A stretch of 42,722 bases of DNA from Thermodesulfobacteriota bacterium (GTDB taxonomy: Bacteria > Desulfobacterota > S145-22): assembly GCA_024763435.1 (NCBI GenBank), contig JANTFN010000001.1, positions 1 through 42,722 on the forward strand, in the 5' to 3' direction. Under the pieces are notes generated by a model. It did no database searches. It was not told the origin of the DNA and saw nothing but the letters and a program-made list of their open reading frames with translations. Both the position numbers and the translations under genes were made by a program. Shown in pieces: positions 30,479 to 39,854 of this stretch. Each line of letters begins with the position of its first letter. Within the stretch, counting starts at the first letter, position 1.

Positions 30479-30778
30479 GTGTTTATTCTTGCTAATCTGA
30501 TTGTCGCGGTGGCAAAAATTCTGTCCATTGTCCTGTCTATTTATATGTGGGTTATTATCATCCAGGCCATCCTGTCCTGGGTCAATCCCGATCCCTTTAA
30601 TCCGATTGTGAGGATTTTATATCAGGTGACCGAACCGGTTTTGTCTCGCCTCAGAAGGATCCTGCCCCTCCAATTCGGGGGAATGGATTTTACCCCGTTT
30701 GTCCTCGTGCTGGTCATTATTTTCCTGCAACAGTTTCTGGTCAATTCCCTTGTGGAACTGGCCGTGCATCTAAAGTAA
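30479..30778 (+). CDS. yggT: YggT-family membrane protein
   Basis: 99 aa with two hydrophobic segments. Motifs 'ILSWV..DP.NP' and 'TEP.L...RR..P'. Confidence 0.75.
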   Translation: MFILANLIVAVAKILSIVLSIYMWVIIIQAILSWVNPDPFNPIVRILYQVTEPVLSRLRRILPLQFGGMDFTPFVLVLVIIFLQQFLVNSLVELAVHLK

Positions 30779-30796
30779 CGGTTAATCTTTTCAAAC

Positions 30797-31075
30797 GTGA
30801 ATTATTCTTTTCAAACGCGTGTTCAACCTGGAAGTTCCAAAAATGAAGTAACCCCTTATGAGGGTGGCGTCAAGGTACGCGTTCAGGCACCGGCTGTGGA
30901 AGGAAAAGCCAATAAGGCCTGTATTCAGTTTCTTTCCAAGTTACTGAAGATTCCGAAACGGCGTCTTAAAATTACCCGGGGAGAACACGCGCGGCAAAAA
31001 GAAATAACCATTTTGGAAACAGATAGGGCGGAGCTGAAGAGAATTAAAGAGGTCCTTGGGTTGTTGAAACCCTGA
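30797..31075 (+). CDS. DUF167 (YggU) family protein
   Basis: 92 aa with 'V.PGSSKNEV', 'V.APAVEGKAN.A' and 'I..G..ARQK'. It follows yggT, as in many genomes. Confidence 0.7.
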   Translation: MNYSFQTRVQPGSSKNEVTPYEGGVKVRVQAPAVEGKANKACIQFLSKLLKIPKRRLKITRGEHARQKEITILETDRAELKRIKEVLGLLKP

Positions 31076-31141
31076 TAGAGCCTGATATCTTTGCGGAAGT
31101 TTAATGCCCGCCGACAATCATTTTTCATACGGTGAGCCCTC

Positions 31142-31876
31142 TTATTCCCGGGCCCCCCGGATAGCAACAATCCCCAGTATAAAAAAGACGATTCCACAGG
31201 CAAAGACGCTCCCTGTTGCGATCCACGGCATGGGATGACCCAGGGCTGATGCCCGGATGGCCTTCGTGGCAGGGCTTAGGGGGAGAAGCTGTATAAACCC
31301 TGCGGCCCAGCCAGGCAGGGCCTTCAGGGAGAAAACCGTCCCGCACAGAAATGCCATAGGGGTAATGATAAAATTGTTGAGCATCGACTGGTCCGCGTGG
31401 GAACGCACCAGCATTGAGGTAATGATTGCAAGAGAGCTGAAGGTAAAGGTGTTTCCCAGAATGGCTAAGAAAAGGAATACATTCAAGTGAATTTTTACAT
31501 GGAACAGGAAGGCTAAAATGATAATAATGAAACTCGCGAAAAATCCCCGCAGGATACCCCCGAGGACCTCTCCTGAGGCAATCGCAAGGTTTGAGACGGG
31601 AGCCGCCTGAAATTCCTCGAAAATGTGCCAGTAGAACCGGGCAATGTTGATTTCACTTGAAATAGCAAAACTCCGGCTCATGCTGCTCATGGCAATCAGT
31701 CCCGGAAGCAGAAAGGAGATATAGGGGACCCCTTCTACCGTCATTTTGTGGCCCAGGCCCCATCCAAAAGCGATAAGGTAAAGCAGGGGTGTGACGGAAA
31801 AAGATATCAACATCTTAAAGAAGCGCTTCCGAATAATCATGATTTCCCGGGAAAAAATACCCAAAAACCCTCTCAT
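31142..31876 (-). CDS. ABC-2 type transporter permease
   Basis: 244 aa with six hydrophobic segments. It overlaps the upstream ATPase gene by 4 nt. Confidence 0.7.
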   Translation of the reverse strand: MRGFLGIFSREIMIIRKRFFKMLISFSVTPLLYLIAFGWGLGHKMTVEGVPYISFLLPGLIAMSSMSRSFAISSEINIARFYWHIFEEFQAAPVSNLAIASGEVLGGILRGFFASFIIIILAFLFHVKIHLNVFLFLAILGNTFTFSSLAIITSMLVRSHADQSMLNNFIITPMAFLCGTVFSLKALPGWAAGFIQLLPLSPATKAIRASALGHPMPWIATGSVFACGIVFFILGIVAIRGARE

Positions 31877-32712
31877 GCTGTTACCCTTCTCCCGGTTAGT
31901 TTAACGAAAACATCCTCCAGATTCGCATCTCGCAGGGTCGCCGTTTCCCGGCGGGATGCCGCGAACGTCCCGGCGGCACGCCTGTCCTGAAAGAAATGAC
32001 TTTGAAGCCCCGTGTCCCCATAGACATCGACCACAACCTTGCCAGCAGCGGCAATCAGGGCTGTCGGTTTATCGAGGGCAATGAGCGCGCCCTGGTCGAG
32101 AATGCCAACGCGGTCACACAGGGTTTCAGCCTCTTCAATGTAGTGCGTGGTGAGAAAAATCGTGGCACCTTCTTTATTAATACGCTTCAGAAGGCCCCAG
32201 AGGTTTCTCCGGCCACTGGCATCCAGCCCCACGGTGGGCTCGTCCATAAAGAGAACCGCCGGGGTATGTAAAAGAGCCCGTGCAATCATGAGCCGTCGTT
32301 TCATCCCTCCGGAGAAGGCCCTGACGGCCCTGCGCGCGTGAGGCAAAAGACCAACGAAGTCAAGCCATTTTTCTGTCTGTTCTTTGATAACGGACCGCGA
32401 CATTCCATAGAGAAGGCCGTGAATCATAAGATTTTCCCTGGCGCTCAGTTCCATATCAAGATTAATCGCCTGCGGAACGACCCCCGTAAGCTTTTTGGCT
32501 TCAAGAGGGGTTGCTATAATATCGCAACCCCCGATTCGGGCCGTCCCGCTGCTGGGTTTCGCGAGAGAAGTCAGTATTTTGACCGTCGTTGTTTTCCCTG
32601 CGCCGTTTGGTCCGAGATACCCGAAAAACTCTCCCGCTTTGATGTGCAGGGTAAGCCGGGTTAGGGCCGTTATTTTTTTATATTTTTTTGTTAGATTTTC
32701 AATTTCAATCAC
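31873..32712 (-). CDS. ABC transporter ATP-binding protein (DrrA/ABC-2 type)
   Basis: Walker A 'GPNGAGKTTT', signature 'FSGGMKRRL' and Walker B 'LFMDEPT'. Confidence 0.88.
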   Translation of the reverse strand: MIEIENLTKKYKKITALTRLTLHIKAGEFFGYLGPNGAGKTTTVKILTSLAKPSSGTARIGGCDIIATPLEAKKLTGVVPQAINLDMELSARENLMIHGLLYGMSRSVIKEQTEKWLDFVGLLPHARRAVRAFSGGMKRRLMIARALLHTPAVLFMDEPTVGLDASGRRNLWGLLKRINKEGATIFLTTHYIEEAETLCDRVGILDQGALIALDKPTALIAAAGKVVVDVYGDTGLQSHFFQDRRAAGTFAASRRETATLRDANLEDVFVKLTGRRVTA

Positions 32713-32787
32713 AAGACGGTTTCCTCAGTATTTAATGGGGGATATCTTATCACACATGGTGATTTTAATTAAGGATGAAAGGGCAAA

Positions 32788-33918
32788 CTAATGGACAAAC
32801 CTGAATCCCAGGCTGTAGTTAAAGGTTGCCGTGATATTAAGGCGTGATGTTTTCAAGCGATCCGGAATCGGGTTAAAGGGGGCTGCGTCTTTTACCGCCC
32901 GGAGGGCCTCGTTGTCCAGCAGCTGATATCCTGAGGAGTCGAGGAGATAGACGCCCTTGAGGGTTCCGTCTTTGAGAATGATAAATCTAAGCCGGAGGGA
33001 GCCTTCCTGATTTCTCATGGCGGCGAGCCGGGGATATTCCCAGACAAGCTCTATTTTCTTCTTAATATGGGAAAAATAGGAGATATACTTAAATTCCCTG
33101 GTATTGAGTGAAATGGAATTCCCCTTGTTTATATCTTTCGGGTAAGTACTTGAAAATTTTCTTTCGATTTGATGGAGGGTTTTTGCCGAGGGGAAGAGGT
33201 TTTTGGGTTTCGGTGACAGCGGTGTCATGCCAGGTCTTTTTTCTCCCTGTCTTGGCAGGGAAGCAGCGGGGGGTTGGGGGGCAGGCGCGGGCTTCTTCGT
33301 GGGTTGTGGCGCGGGAGAGGGTTTTATGGGTTTGGGGTAAGCCCTGGCAATCTTAACAGGGGATTTTTTGGGTGTGGAAAGAATGTGTTTTTCCGCCCGT
33401 TTTTTGCGTTTGGGTCTTTTGGCCCTGACCTTTTTTTTGGCAGGCGGGGCCTTTTTCTCGTGAGCGGGGACCTTTGGCCGCGGGGCGATGGTGACGGCTT
33501 CCTTCTTCTCTTCGGGCCTTATCGGCGCGGCTTTTTTGAGGGGTGGTGGTGCGGTTGGAACGGGCAGGACAGGTAATTTGCTGCCCTTTATCATGGGTTT
33601 GTCCTCGGGCCGTGTTTCTTTTTTAACAGTTCTGTTTTTTTCTCCCAGAACCGTGGCCTTTTTGGGTGCTTTTTCCTCTCCCTTTGAGGGCTCTTCAAGG
33701 AGCTTGACGGAGATGGGTTTTTCTTTCTTAACCGCTTGTTTGGGCAGTTTAGGGTATAAATAAAAGAGGAGGAAGTGCAATAAAAAAGAAACGATAAGGA
33801 AGATAATAATGGGGCCTTTCCCGGGCCCTTTTTCCTCCTCAATCAGGAATCCCTCTTCTTGATTAAGCGGGGCAAAAAAACTGAATGGTTCTTTTTTAGG
33901 CGGTTTCATTCGGCCCAA
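32788..33918 (-). CDS. TonB-family energy transducer-like protein with a long Pro/Lys-rich linker
   Basis: N-terminal membrane anchor, a spacer of about 130 aa rich in P/K/A, and a TonB_C-like end ('GSLRLRFIILKDGTL..V.LLDSSGYQLLDNEALRAV..A.PF.P.P'). Confidence 0.7.
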   Translation of the reverse strand: MGRMKPPKKEPFSFFAPLNQEEGFLIEEEKGPGKGPIIIFLIVSFLLHFLLFYLYPKLPKQAVKKEKPISVKLLEEPSKGEEKAPKKATVLGEKNRTVKKETRPEDKPMIKGSKLPVLPVPTAPPPLKKAAPIRPEEKKEAVTIAPRPKVPAHEKKAPPAKKKVRAKRPKRKKRAEKHILSTPKKSPVKIARAYPKPIKPSPAPQPTKKPAPAPQPPAASLPRQGEKRPGMTPLSPKPKNLFPSAKTLHQIERKFSSTYPKDINKGNSISLNTREFKYISYFSHIKKKIELVWEYPRLAAMRNQEGSLRLRFIILKDGTLKGVYLLDSSGYQLLDNEALRAVKDAAPFNPIPDRLKTSRLNITATFNYSLGFRFVH

Positions 33919-34154
33919 CTTTCGCGACGCGTGTAAAGCGGGCGCTGTATCTTTCGCCTGTCAGTGCCCGTGTAATGCATGGAGGCAGGCTTCAAAGACA
34001 GACCATAAGGTCGTTTCATGTTTCAGCTATAGTTTTTATACCCTGAATGGGTCGAAGGGGCCTGGCCTGATTTGTCAGAGAATTTCAGGGGGGAGATGAT
34101 TGAAACACACACACCCGTTTTGAAATTTCTTCCATGATTGTATGACATGGCCGT

Positions 34155-35282
34155 TTACCTTGCAAGTTTGACAAGATTGCCAATCTGGAATGCTTCCCCG
34201 AGGATCGGCCGGGTGATAGCCGCGTTGACACCAAAAAAATCAAGAACTTGCAGACGCCCCTTGAAATGACCCGGTTCACGCCCAATAAATTCTCCTGTTA
34301 GTTCATTAAAAATTTTCTTGCCCGGTTTGGTATAGACGTTCAGCAGGTCGCCGGCAATGAGCCCGCTGTCTCTTCCCCCCTGGATGAAAATTCTTTTTCC
34401 ATCAATTTTCACGATATGGGTAAACCACTCTATTTTGCTCAATGTAGCAAGGAGTGCGGAAATGACCCTTGCCGCGCCTTTTCTTAAGACATTTTCCTCG
34501 GCCTCTGCCGGTGTGGTGCTTGCGGTAAACTCGTCAGGCGAGAGGATTATTTTCGATTGTAAGAGCCTGAGGCCGGACATTCCGTCATAAAGGCTGCTTT
34601 CCAGCGCCAGCGCTGCGCTGTAACTTTCTTTGCCTGCGGTTATCTGATGAATGATTTCAAGCCGTTTGAGTTTTATCCCGACAAATGCCTGTATTCCGAG
34701 GGATGTCCCTGCTTTTGCCAGCGTTGCCTCTTGTGGCGCATCACCCGTGATGTTGTTTTTAGTGAAAAAGGGTTTAAGGCGTGCCGCGCTTTCAAGTTCT
34801 CCCTGCCCTGTTTTAAAGAGGGCGCTGGAGAGGGCCCTGACAAATGTTTTTTTCTTTTCACCCGTTAATGAAGCTGTCTGGTCCTTGATGGCTAAAAGGC
34901 CGATTTTCTTTTTGATAACCCTGTTCGCGGGGACGACAATACTGGCCCCGCCACCGGGAAATGAGCCAGGCGATTTAATCTGTCTTTCAAGTTTTGCTAT
35001 TTTCCTTTCCAGGTATTTCGTCTTGATTCTGACGTCTTCCCCCATAACGCGCTCTCCAAGGAGGGGTTGATACTGTGATTTGGGGACATAGACATATTCC
35101 TTCTCGCCGCGCATGACGCCAAAAAGGGGATTCAGGACCTTGACATAATCCTGACCGCTTTCCGTGATGATTTCCTGCTCTTTTGTGGTTTTGTTTTTTG
35201 AATCATTCCCAAAACAGGATATTGTGGTTACAAGGAAAAAACATAACAGGAGCAACCGTGCCAGTTTTTGAAACCGTTTCAT
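34155..35282 (-). CDS. Hypothetical lipoprotein
   Basis: I place the start at ATG 35282, behind AAGGAG. Lipobox 'LVTTISC'. I recognise no family, though the middle region loosely resembles the CsgG/LpoB-type 'IGLLAIKDQT' pattern. Confidence 0.55.
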   Translation of the reverse strand: MKRFQKLARLLLLCFFLVTTISCFGNDSKNKTTKEQEIITESGQDYVKVLNPLFGVMRGEKEYVYVPKSQYQPLLGERVMGEDVRIKTKYLERKIAKLERQIKSPGSFPGGGASIVVPANRVIKKKIGLLAIKDQTASLTGEKKKTFVRALSSALFKTGQGELESAARLKPFFTKNNITGDAPQEATLAKAGTSLGIQAFVGIKLKRLEIIHQITAGKESYSAALALESSLYDGMSGLRLLQSKIILSPDEFTASTTPAEAEENVLRKGAARVISALLATLSKIEWFTHIVKIDGKRIFIQGGRDSGLIAGDLLNVYTKPGKKIFNELTGEFIGREPGHFKGRLQVLDFFGVNAAITRPILGEAFQIGNLVKLAR

Positions 35283-35444
35283 AAAATCTCCTTTAGATTG
35301 ATAAAAAAACTTTCTCATAATTTATCGGCAGTGTCAAGAAAGGGGCCTTGTCAGAAACCTTAAAAGTTTTTTTTCGTCAATGGAGAAGACTTGAGTCCGG
35401 GTGTTCGCTTGCCTTTTATGGGGGTCTTCTGTAAATTAAGGGGA

Positions 35445-36488
35445 ATGAATGAGGAAAAAATTATACTGGAAAAATACCGTGAAGAAGTTTCTTTGCGCAG
35501 GGTCGATGGAGAAATTGTCAGGACGTGGTTTGAGGTTCGTGTCCATCCCCTTACGGGAGAACTTTCCCGCGTCATTCATGTCCCGTTAAGACGCCAGATG
35601 AAGCTGCCGGATCTTGTGGAGATGGCCGAAAAGACGCGTGACACGTGTCCCTTTTGCCCCGAACAACTGGCGGAAAAAGCACCCAGATTTTCCCGTGATT
35701 TGCTGAATGAGGGGATGTTGCGGCGCGGAAAGGCCGTGTTAATTCCCAATTTGTATCCTTATGATCGTTATTGCGCCCTTATTATTCTCTCTGAGGCCCA
35801 TTATGTCCCGATTGAAAACTGGGAGACAGTTGCCATAGAGGATGGCATGATTTTAGCGCGGCAGTTTTTGAACAGGGTCATGGCGGTGGACGCGGGAACG
35901 CGCGCGTTTGCCATGAATTGGAATTACGCCCCCCATGCCGGCAGTAGCATCCTCCATCCTCACATTCAGCTTTCCGCCGGCGCATTTGCCTCCAACCGCG
36001 CGCGGCGTCTCATGATGGCTTCCCGGGAGGCGATGATGCGCGGGAGGGATAACATGGCGGCCTGGATGGGAAAGGAAAAAGAGGAGAAAACACGATGGGG
36101 TGGAGATATCGGCCCCTGGCAGATGACCCTTGCCTTTGCCCCGAGAGGGCGGTTTTTTGAACTGAATCTGATTCATGAATCCCCCGGTTGTTTCGCGGGA
36201 CTTTCGGATCCCGCCCTTCAACACCTCGCAACAGGGGTGGCGGATGCGTTTCGCTTTATCCGGAAAATGGGGTTTGTCAGTATGAATCTTTCCCTTTTTT
36301 CTCCCCTGCGGGAGGCCGGCCTGTTTCACCCGATGGTGTCTATCAGCCCCAGGGCCTGCGTGGGACCTTACCAGATGAGTGATATCAGTTTTCAGATGTT
36401 GATTGACGAGTTTTTTACGCTCTACCTGCCGGAGGATGTGGCGGAAAAATTTCGGAACGCAAAAGGGGTAGCCTCCGGGGCCGAATAG
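35445..36488 (+). CDS. Galactose-1-phosphate uridylyltransferase-like (GalT/HIT-superfamily) nucleotidyltransferase
   Basis: Zn-site-like 'CPFCPE' and catalytic 'HPHIQL' (HxHxQ). I place the start at ATG 35445, behind AAGGGGA. The track start is TTG 35391. Confidence 0.55.
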   Translation: MNEEKIILEKYREEVSLRRVDGEIVRTWFEVRVHPLTGELSRVIHVPLRRQMKLPDLVEMAEKTRDTCPFCPEQLAEKAPRFSRDLLNEGMLRRGKAVLIPNLYPYDRYCALIILSEAHYVPIENWETVAIEDGMILARQFLNRVMAVDAGTRAFAMNWNYAPHAGSSILHPHIQLSAGAFASNRARRLMMASREAMMRGRDNMAAWMGKEKEEKTRWGGDIGPWQMTLAFAPRGRFFELNLIHESPGCFAGLSDPALQHLATGVADAFRFIRKMGFVSMNLSLFSPLREAGLFHPMVSISPRACVGPYQMSDISFQMLIDEFFTLYLPEDVAEKFRNAKGVASGAE

Positions 36489-36599
36489 GAGAAAGGCGCT
36501 CGTGAATTACCGGGAAACGTTAAGAAAGGCCGGGGAAAGGTTTTTCTCTCGCGGGAAAGCCGGTAAACCTTTTAGCCACGGCCGGTGTCTTAGGTAATT

Positions 36600-37949
36600 A
36601 TGCGGAAGACAATAATACTGGAAGGAGCTTGCCGGGGGATAAAGATTTTTTTTGTCCTGGCGCTGATCGTGATGGCGGGGAATGTATGGGTTCCATCCGC
36701 TTCGGGGGCATCGAAACTCTCTCTGAAGATGTGCGTAAAACAGGCCCTTTTGAATAATAACGCGCTTCGCGCCTACGACTTGGAACGCCGGGCGGTGGCT
36801 ATGGAAGTCAAGCAGGCCCTGGCGCCCTTCTATCCCGCCCTGTCCTTTGGAACCTCCTTTAACCGGTCGGATACGGAGGACACGCCACGAAATGACAGCG
36901 CGGATCTTAACCTGAGGGCGTCCTACACGCTTTTCCGGGGGGGCGGCGACTGGTCTGAGCTCAAGGCCAGAAAGCACGCCTATCAGGCCTCGGATTATGA
37001 CCTTCAGGAAGAAAGTCTGAGGGTGATTGCCCTGGTTCAGGCAACCTACTTTGCGATTCTCTCCCTTCAAAACCGCATGGCTGTTCTAAAAAAATCGGTC
37101 GAAGCGGCGGCCCTGCACGAGACCGCTGCCAGGAAGCGGGTCGAAGCGGGCCTGGCGCCGTTAAGTGATCACCTGCGGGCACAGGTGGACCTCTCCAATG
37201 CGCGGGTTGATTTGATTCAGGAAGACCGTAACGCGAAGACCCTCAAACACACCTTGTCTGTCCTGATGGGGCAATCTCCGTTAGGCCCTCTGGAGATTGA
37301 GAAAAGGCAGGTTATGAATAAGGTGGAGAATCGCCCCCTTGGGACGTTGTTTGCCATGGCGAAAAAAAACCGGCCCGTCCTCAAGTCGTATCGGCAGCAG
37401 GTCCTTGAGCTGCAATGGAAAGAGAAGTCTGTGAAGGCGGAATTTTTCCCCACCCTCGAAACCTATGCTGAAACAGGCCGGAATGGAAGCCATTATTTGC
37501 CGGACGAAGACTACTGGCAAGCTGGCATTACCTTGAGTTATCCGATCTTTTCGGGATTTTCCACACGGTATGCCGCGGCCACGACCCGGGCGAGGCTGGA
37601 GGCGAAGCAATGGTCCTACAGGGAAAAGATCCTGCAGGTTCAAAAGGAAATAGCCGATGCCTATGAACAGCTCAAAGCGGATGAAAAAGTGATTGATGCG
37701 CGGGAGGTTCTCCTTAAGAGTGCCCTTGAAAACGGAAAAGTCGCGCAGCGCCGCTACAAGGCAGGTGTCGGGTCGATCGTGGAACTGACGGATGCCCGTG
37801 TTGCCGCGACCAATGCGGCCATAGGTCTTGAGAACGCGAAGTTGACGGTTCGGGGAGATGAAATCGAGTTGAAACGGGTAACGGGGTGGTTTGTTCCCAT
37901 GATTAAAGCGATAAGGGGTAAAGAGAATGTGGCGAAAACAGAGCCGTAG
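36600..37949 (+). CDS. TolC-family outer membrane efflux protein
   Basis: Signal peptide, two repeated OEP halves, and 'Y.PLSFG.S..R' / 'GLAP..D.LRAQV.LS.A' type motifs. Confidence 0.8.
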   Translation: MRKTIILEGACRGIKIFFVLALIVMAGNVWVPSASGASKLSLKMCVKQALLNNNALRAYDLERRAVAMEVKQALAPFYPALSFGTSFNRSDTEDTPRNDSADLNLRASYTLFRGGGDWSELKARKHAYQASDYDLQEESLRVIALVQATYFAILSLQNRMAVLKKSVEAAALHETAARKRVEAGLAPLSDHLRAQVDLSNARVDLIQEDRNAKTLKHTLSVLMGQSPLGPLEIEKRQVMNKVENRPLGTLFAMAKKNRPVLKSYRQQVLELQWKEKSVKAEFFPTLETYAETGRNGSHYLPDEDYWQAGITLSYPIFSGFSTRYAAATTRARLEAKQWSYREKILQVQKEIADAYEQLKADEKVIDAREVLLKSALENGKVAQRRYKAGVGSIVELTDARVAATNAAIGLENAKLTVRGDEIELKRVTGWFVPMIKAIRGKENVAKTEP

Positions 37950-39162
37950 CTTTTTTTTCAGTTTCCTGATGATTCTTTCGGTTGTTGGCACGGGCTATGG
38001 CTTCGGAATTAGTAAAAGCAAGCCCCTCCCTCTGAAGTGGGCAAAGGCAACCAGGGGAATGATCCGGCAGACCATAATAACAACAGGGGTTGTGCGGCCT
38101 GAAGACGGGGCGCAGATCAAGGTGGGAAGCCGTGTTTCCGGGAAGATTGAAAAATTGTTTGTCAAGGTAGGAGACAAAGTCAGGCCCGGCGACCCCATCG
38201 CGGTGATTGAGCATAATGATCTCCTGGTGAAGGTTGCCGAAAAAAAGGCGGCGCACGAAGTCATGCGGGAAACATTAAGGGCGCTTCTGGCCCAGCGGCC
38301 GCTCGAGATTGCGCGGCAGAAAGAGGAAATCGCGGAAGTCAAGGCCCAGTTAGACCAGGCCCGGACAAGCTGGCAGCGATATCAGGAACTCCTGCCGGAA
38401 AAGCTCATTGCCCGGGAGGACGTGGACCTGAAGCACAAGGAGGTCCTTGTCTTTCAATCACGCCTTGCCGCCGCGAAATCGCAACTGAACTACATGGAAA
38501 GAAAATTCAGGGATGACAAGCAAATTCTCAAGGCAAAGTTAAGTCAATCCGCCGCACAGGTCAAACTGGCAAAGATTAATCTCAGTTACGCCTTTATCAA
38601 ATCTCCGATTGATGGGACGGTGGCGAAGATTTCCACGCCCGAGGGGGAAACGGTCGCGGCCCAGTTGTCTTCCCCGACTTTTGTGTGGATTATCAATCTC
38701 GACAAACTCTGGGTCAGTACCTATGTGGACGAGACGGACATTGGAAAGGTCCATAAGGAGCAGCCTGTTATCTTCCACGTGGATGCCTTTCCCGGCATGT
38801 CCCTGCATGGCGTGGTCAAGGAAATTTATCCGAAGGCGGAGATCCGGGACAATATGGTCACCTACGATGTCATTGTCAGGATTACAGATCTTCCGGAAAA
38901 ACGGCGGCTTTTAAGGCCCGAGATGACCGCTTATACAACCATCGTTGTGAAAGAAAGGAAAAATGCCATTCAGGTCCCGGTGCAGGCGGTTAAGACCATC
39001 AAGGGGAAAAGCGTGGTTTTTATTAAGGGGGCAAAAGGAATTGAGAAGCGAGAGGTTTCGGCAGGCTGGACGGATGGCGGAAAGGTAGAAATACGCGAGG
39101 GATTGAAGCCGGGGCAGACGGTCCTGATTCAGGGGTTTAGCCGGGAACTTTTGAAGCCATGA
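37927..39162 (+). CDS. Periplasmic adaptor (HlyD/MacA-type membrane fusion protein)
   Basis: N-terminal anchor, lipoyl-like 'G.I..L.VKVGD.V..GD.IA', a long coiled coil, and 'I.SPIDGTV'. Confidence 0.8.
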   Translation: MWRKQSRSFFFSFLMILSVVGTGYGFGISKSKPLPLKWAKATRGMIRQTIITTGVVRPEDGAQIKVGSRVSGKIEKLFVKVGDKVRPGDPIAVIEHNDLLVKVAEKKAAHEVMRETLRALLAQRPLEIARQKEEIAEVKAQLDQARTSWQRYQELLPEKLIAREDVDLKHKEVLVFQSRLAAAKSQLNYMERKFRDDKQILKAKLSQSAAQVKLAKINLSYAFIKSPIDGTVAKISTPEGETVAAQLSSPTFVWIINLDKLWVSTYVDETDIGKVHKEQPVIFHVDAFPGMSLHGVVKEIYPKAEIRDNMVTYDVIVRITDLPEKRRLLRPEMTAYTTIVVKERKNAIQVPVQAVKTIKGKSVVFIKGAKGIEKREVSAGWTDGGKVEIREGLKPGQTVLIQGFSRELLKP

Positions 39163-39854
39163 CTCCTGTTATTTCCCTCGATTCTCTCACAAAGCACTAT
39201 AAAAGCGGAAAGATTGTAACCGAGGTTTTAAAAGAGATTACCTTTTCGGTTTTTCCCGGTGAACTTGTGGCCATTATGGGGCCTTCCGGCGCGGGCAAAA
39301 GTACCCTTCTCTATATTCTGGGGTGTCTGGCCCGACCCACTTCAGGGGTGTATCAGCTGGATGGCGTGGCGGTGGGAGACCTCTCGGACGAAGGCCTCTC
39401 GCGATTGAGGAATACAAAACTTGGGTTCGTTTTCCAGTCTTTTCATCTGATTCCGCAATATACAGCCCTGGAGAATGTCCTGCTCCCCACCGTTTACCGA
39501 AAAGGGGGAAAAAAAGAGAAAAAACGGGAGTCCCTTCGCGCGAAAGATATTCTTGACATGGTGGGCCTGGGGGAACGGTTTCATTATCTTCCCGGCGAAC
39601 TTTCAGGAGGGCAGAAACAGCGGGTTGCCATTGCCCGCGCCCTGATGAACGATCCCGAGGTTATTCTCGCGGATGAACCCACGGGGAATCTGGACAGTAA
39701 ACAATCGGATGAGATTGTCCGCCTCCTCAAGGAACTGAATGGGAGGGGGCGGACGATTGTCCTCGTAACCCATGATCCGGAGGTCGGTCAGCAGGCCCGC
39801 CGCCTGATTACCATCAGGGACGGCAAGATTTATTCCGACGCGCCATGTTCCTGA
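39159..39854 (+). CDS. MacB/LolD-type ABC transporter ATP-binding protein
   Basis: '[11 protein letters not shown]', '[15 protein letters not shown]', '[11 protein letters not shown]' and 'VTHD'. Confidence 0.9.
   Translation: MTPVISLDSLTKHYKSGKIVTEVLKEITFSVFPGELVAIMGPSGAGKSTLLYILGCLARPTSGVYQLDGVAVGDLSDEGLSRLRNTKLGFVFQSFHLIPQYTALENVLLPTVYRKGGKKEKKRESLRAKDILDMVGLGERFHYLPGELSGGQKQRVAIARALMNDPEVILADEPTGNLDSKQSDEIVRLLKELNGRGRTIVLVTHDPEVGQQARRLITIRDGKIYSDAPCS

Noticed and set aside
33213-33618. Repetitive G/C- and A/T-rich stretches (ggggg, ttttt, cttttt runs) that look like DNA repeats.
   Set aside because: They are the coding image of the Pro/Lys/Ala-rich TonB linker on the minus strand, not an independent repeat element.
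34105-34114. (AC)5 dinucleotide run in the tonB-lipoprotein gap.
   Set aside because: It is too short to be meaningful on its own. It is mentioned only as part of the gap description.
36507-37991. Minus-strand ORFs 36507..37070 and 37281..37991.
   Set aside because: They are antisense to the TolC-like gene and the start of the adaptor gene.
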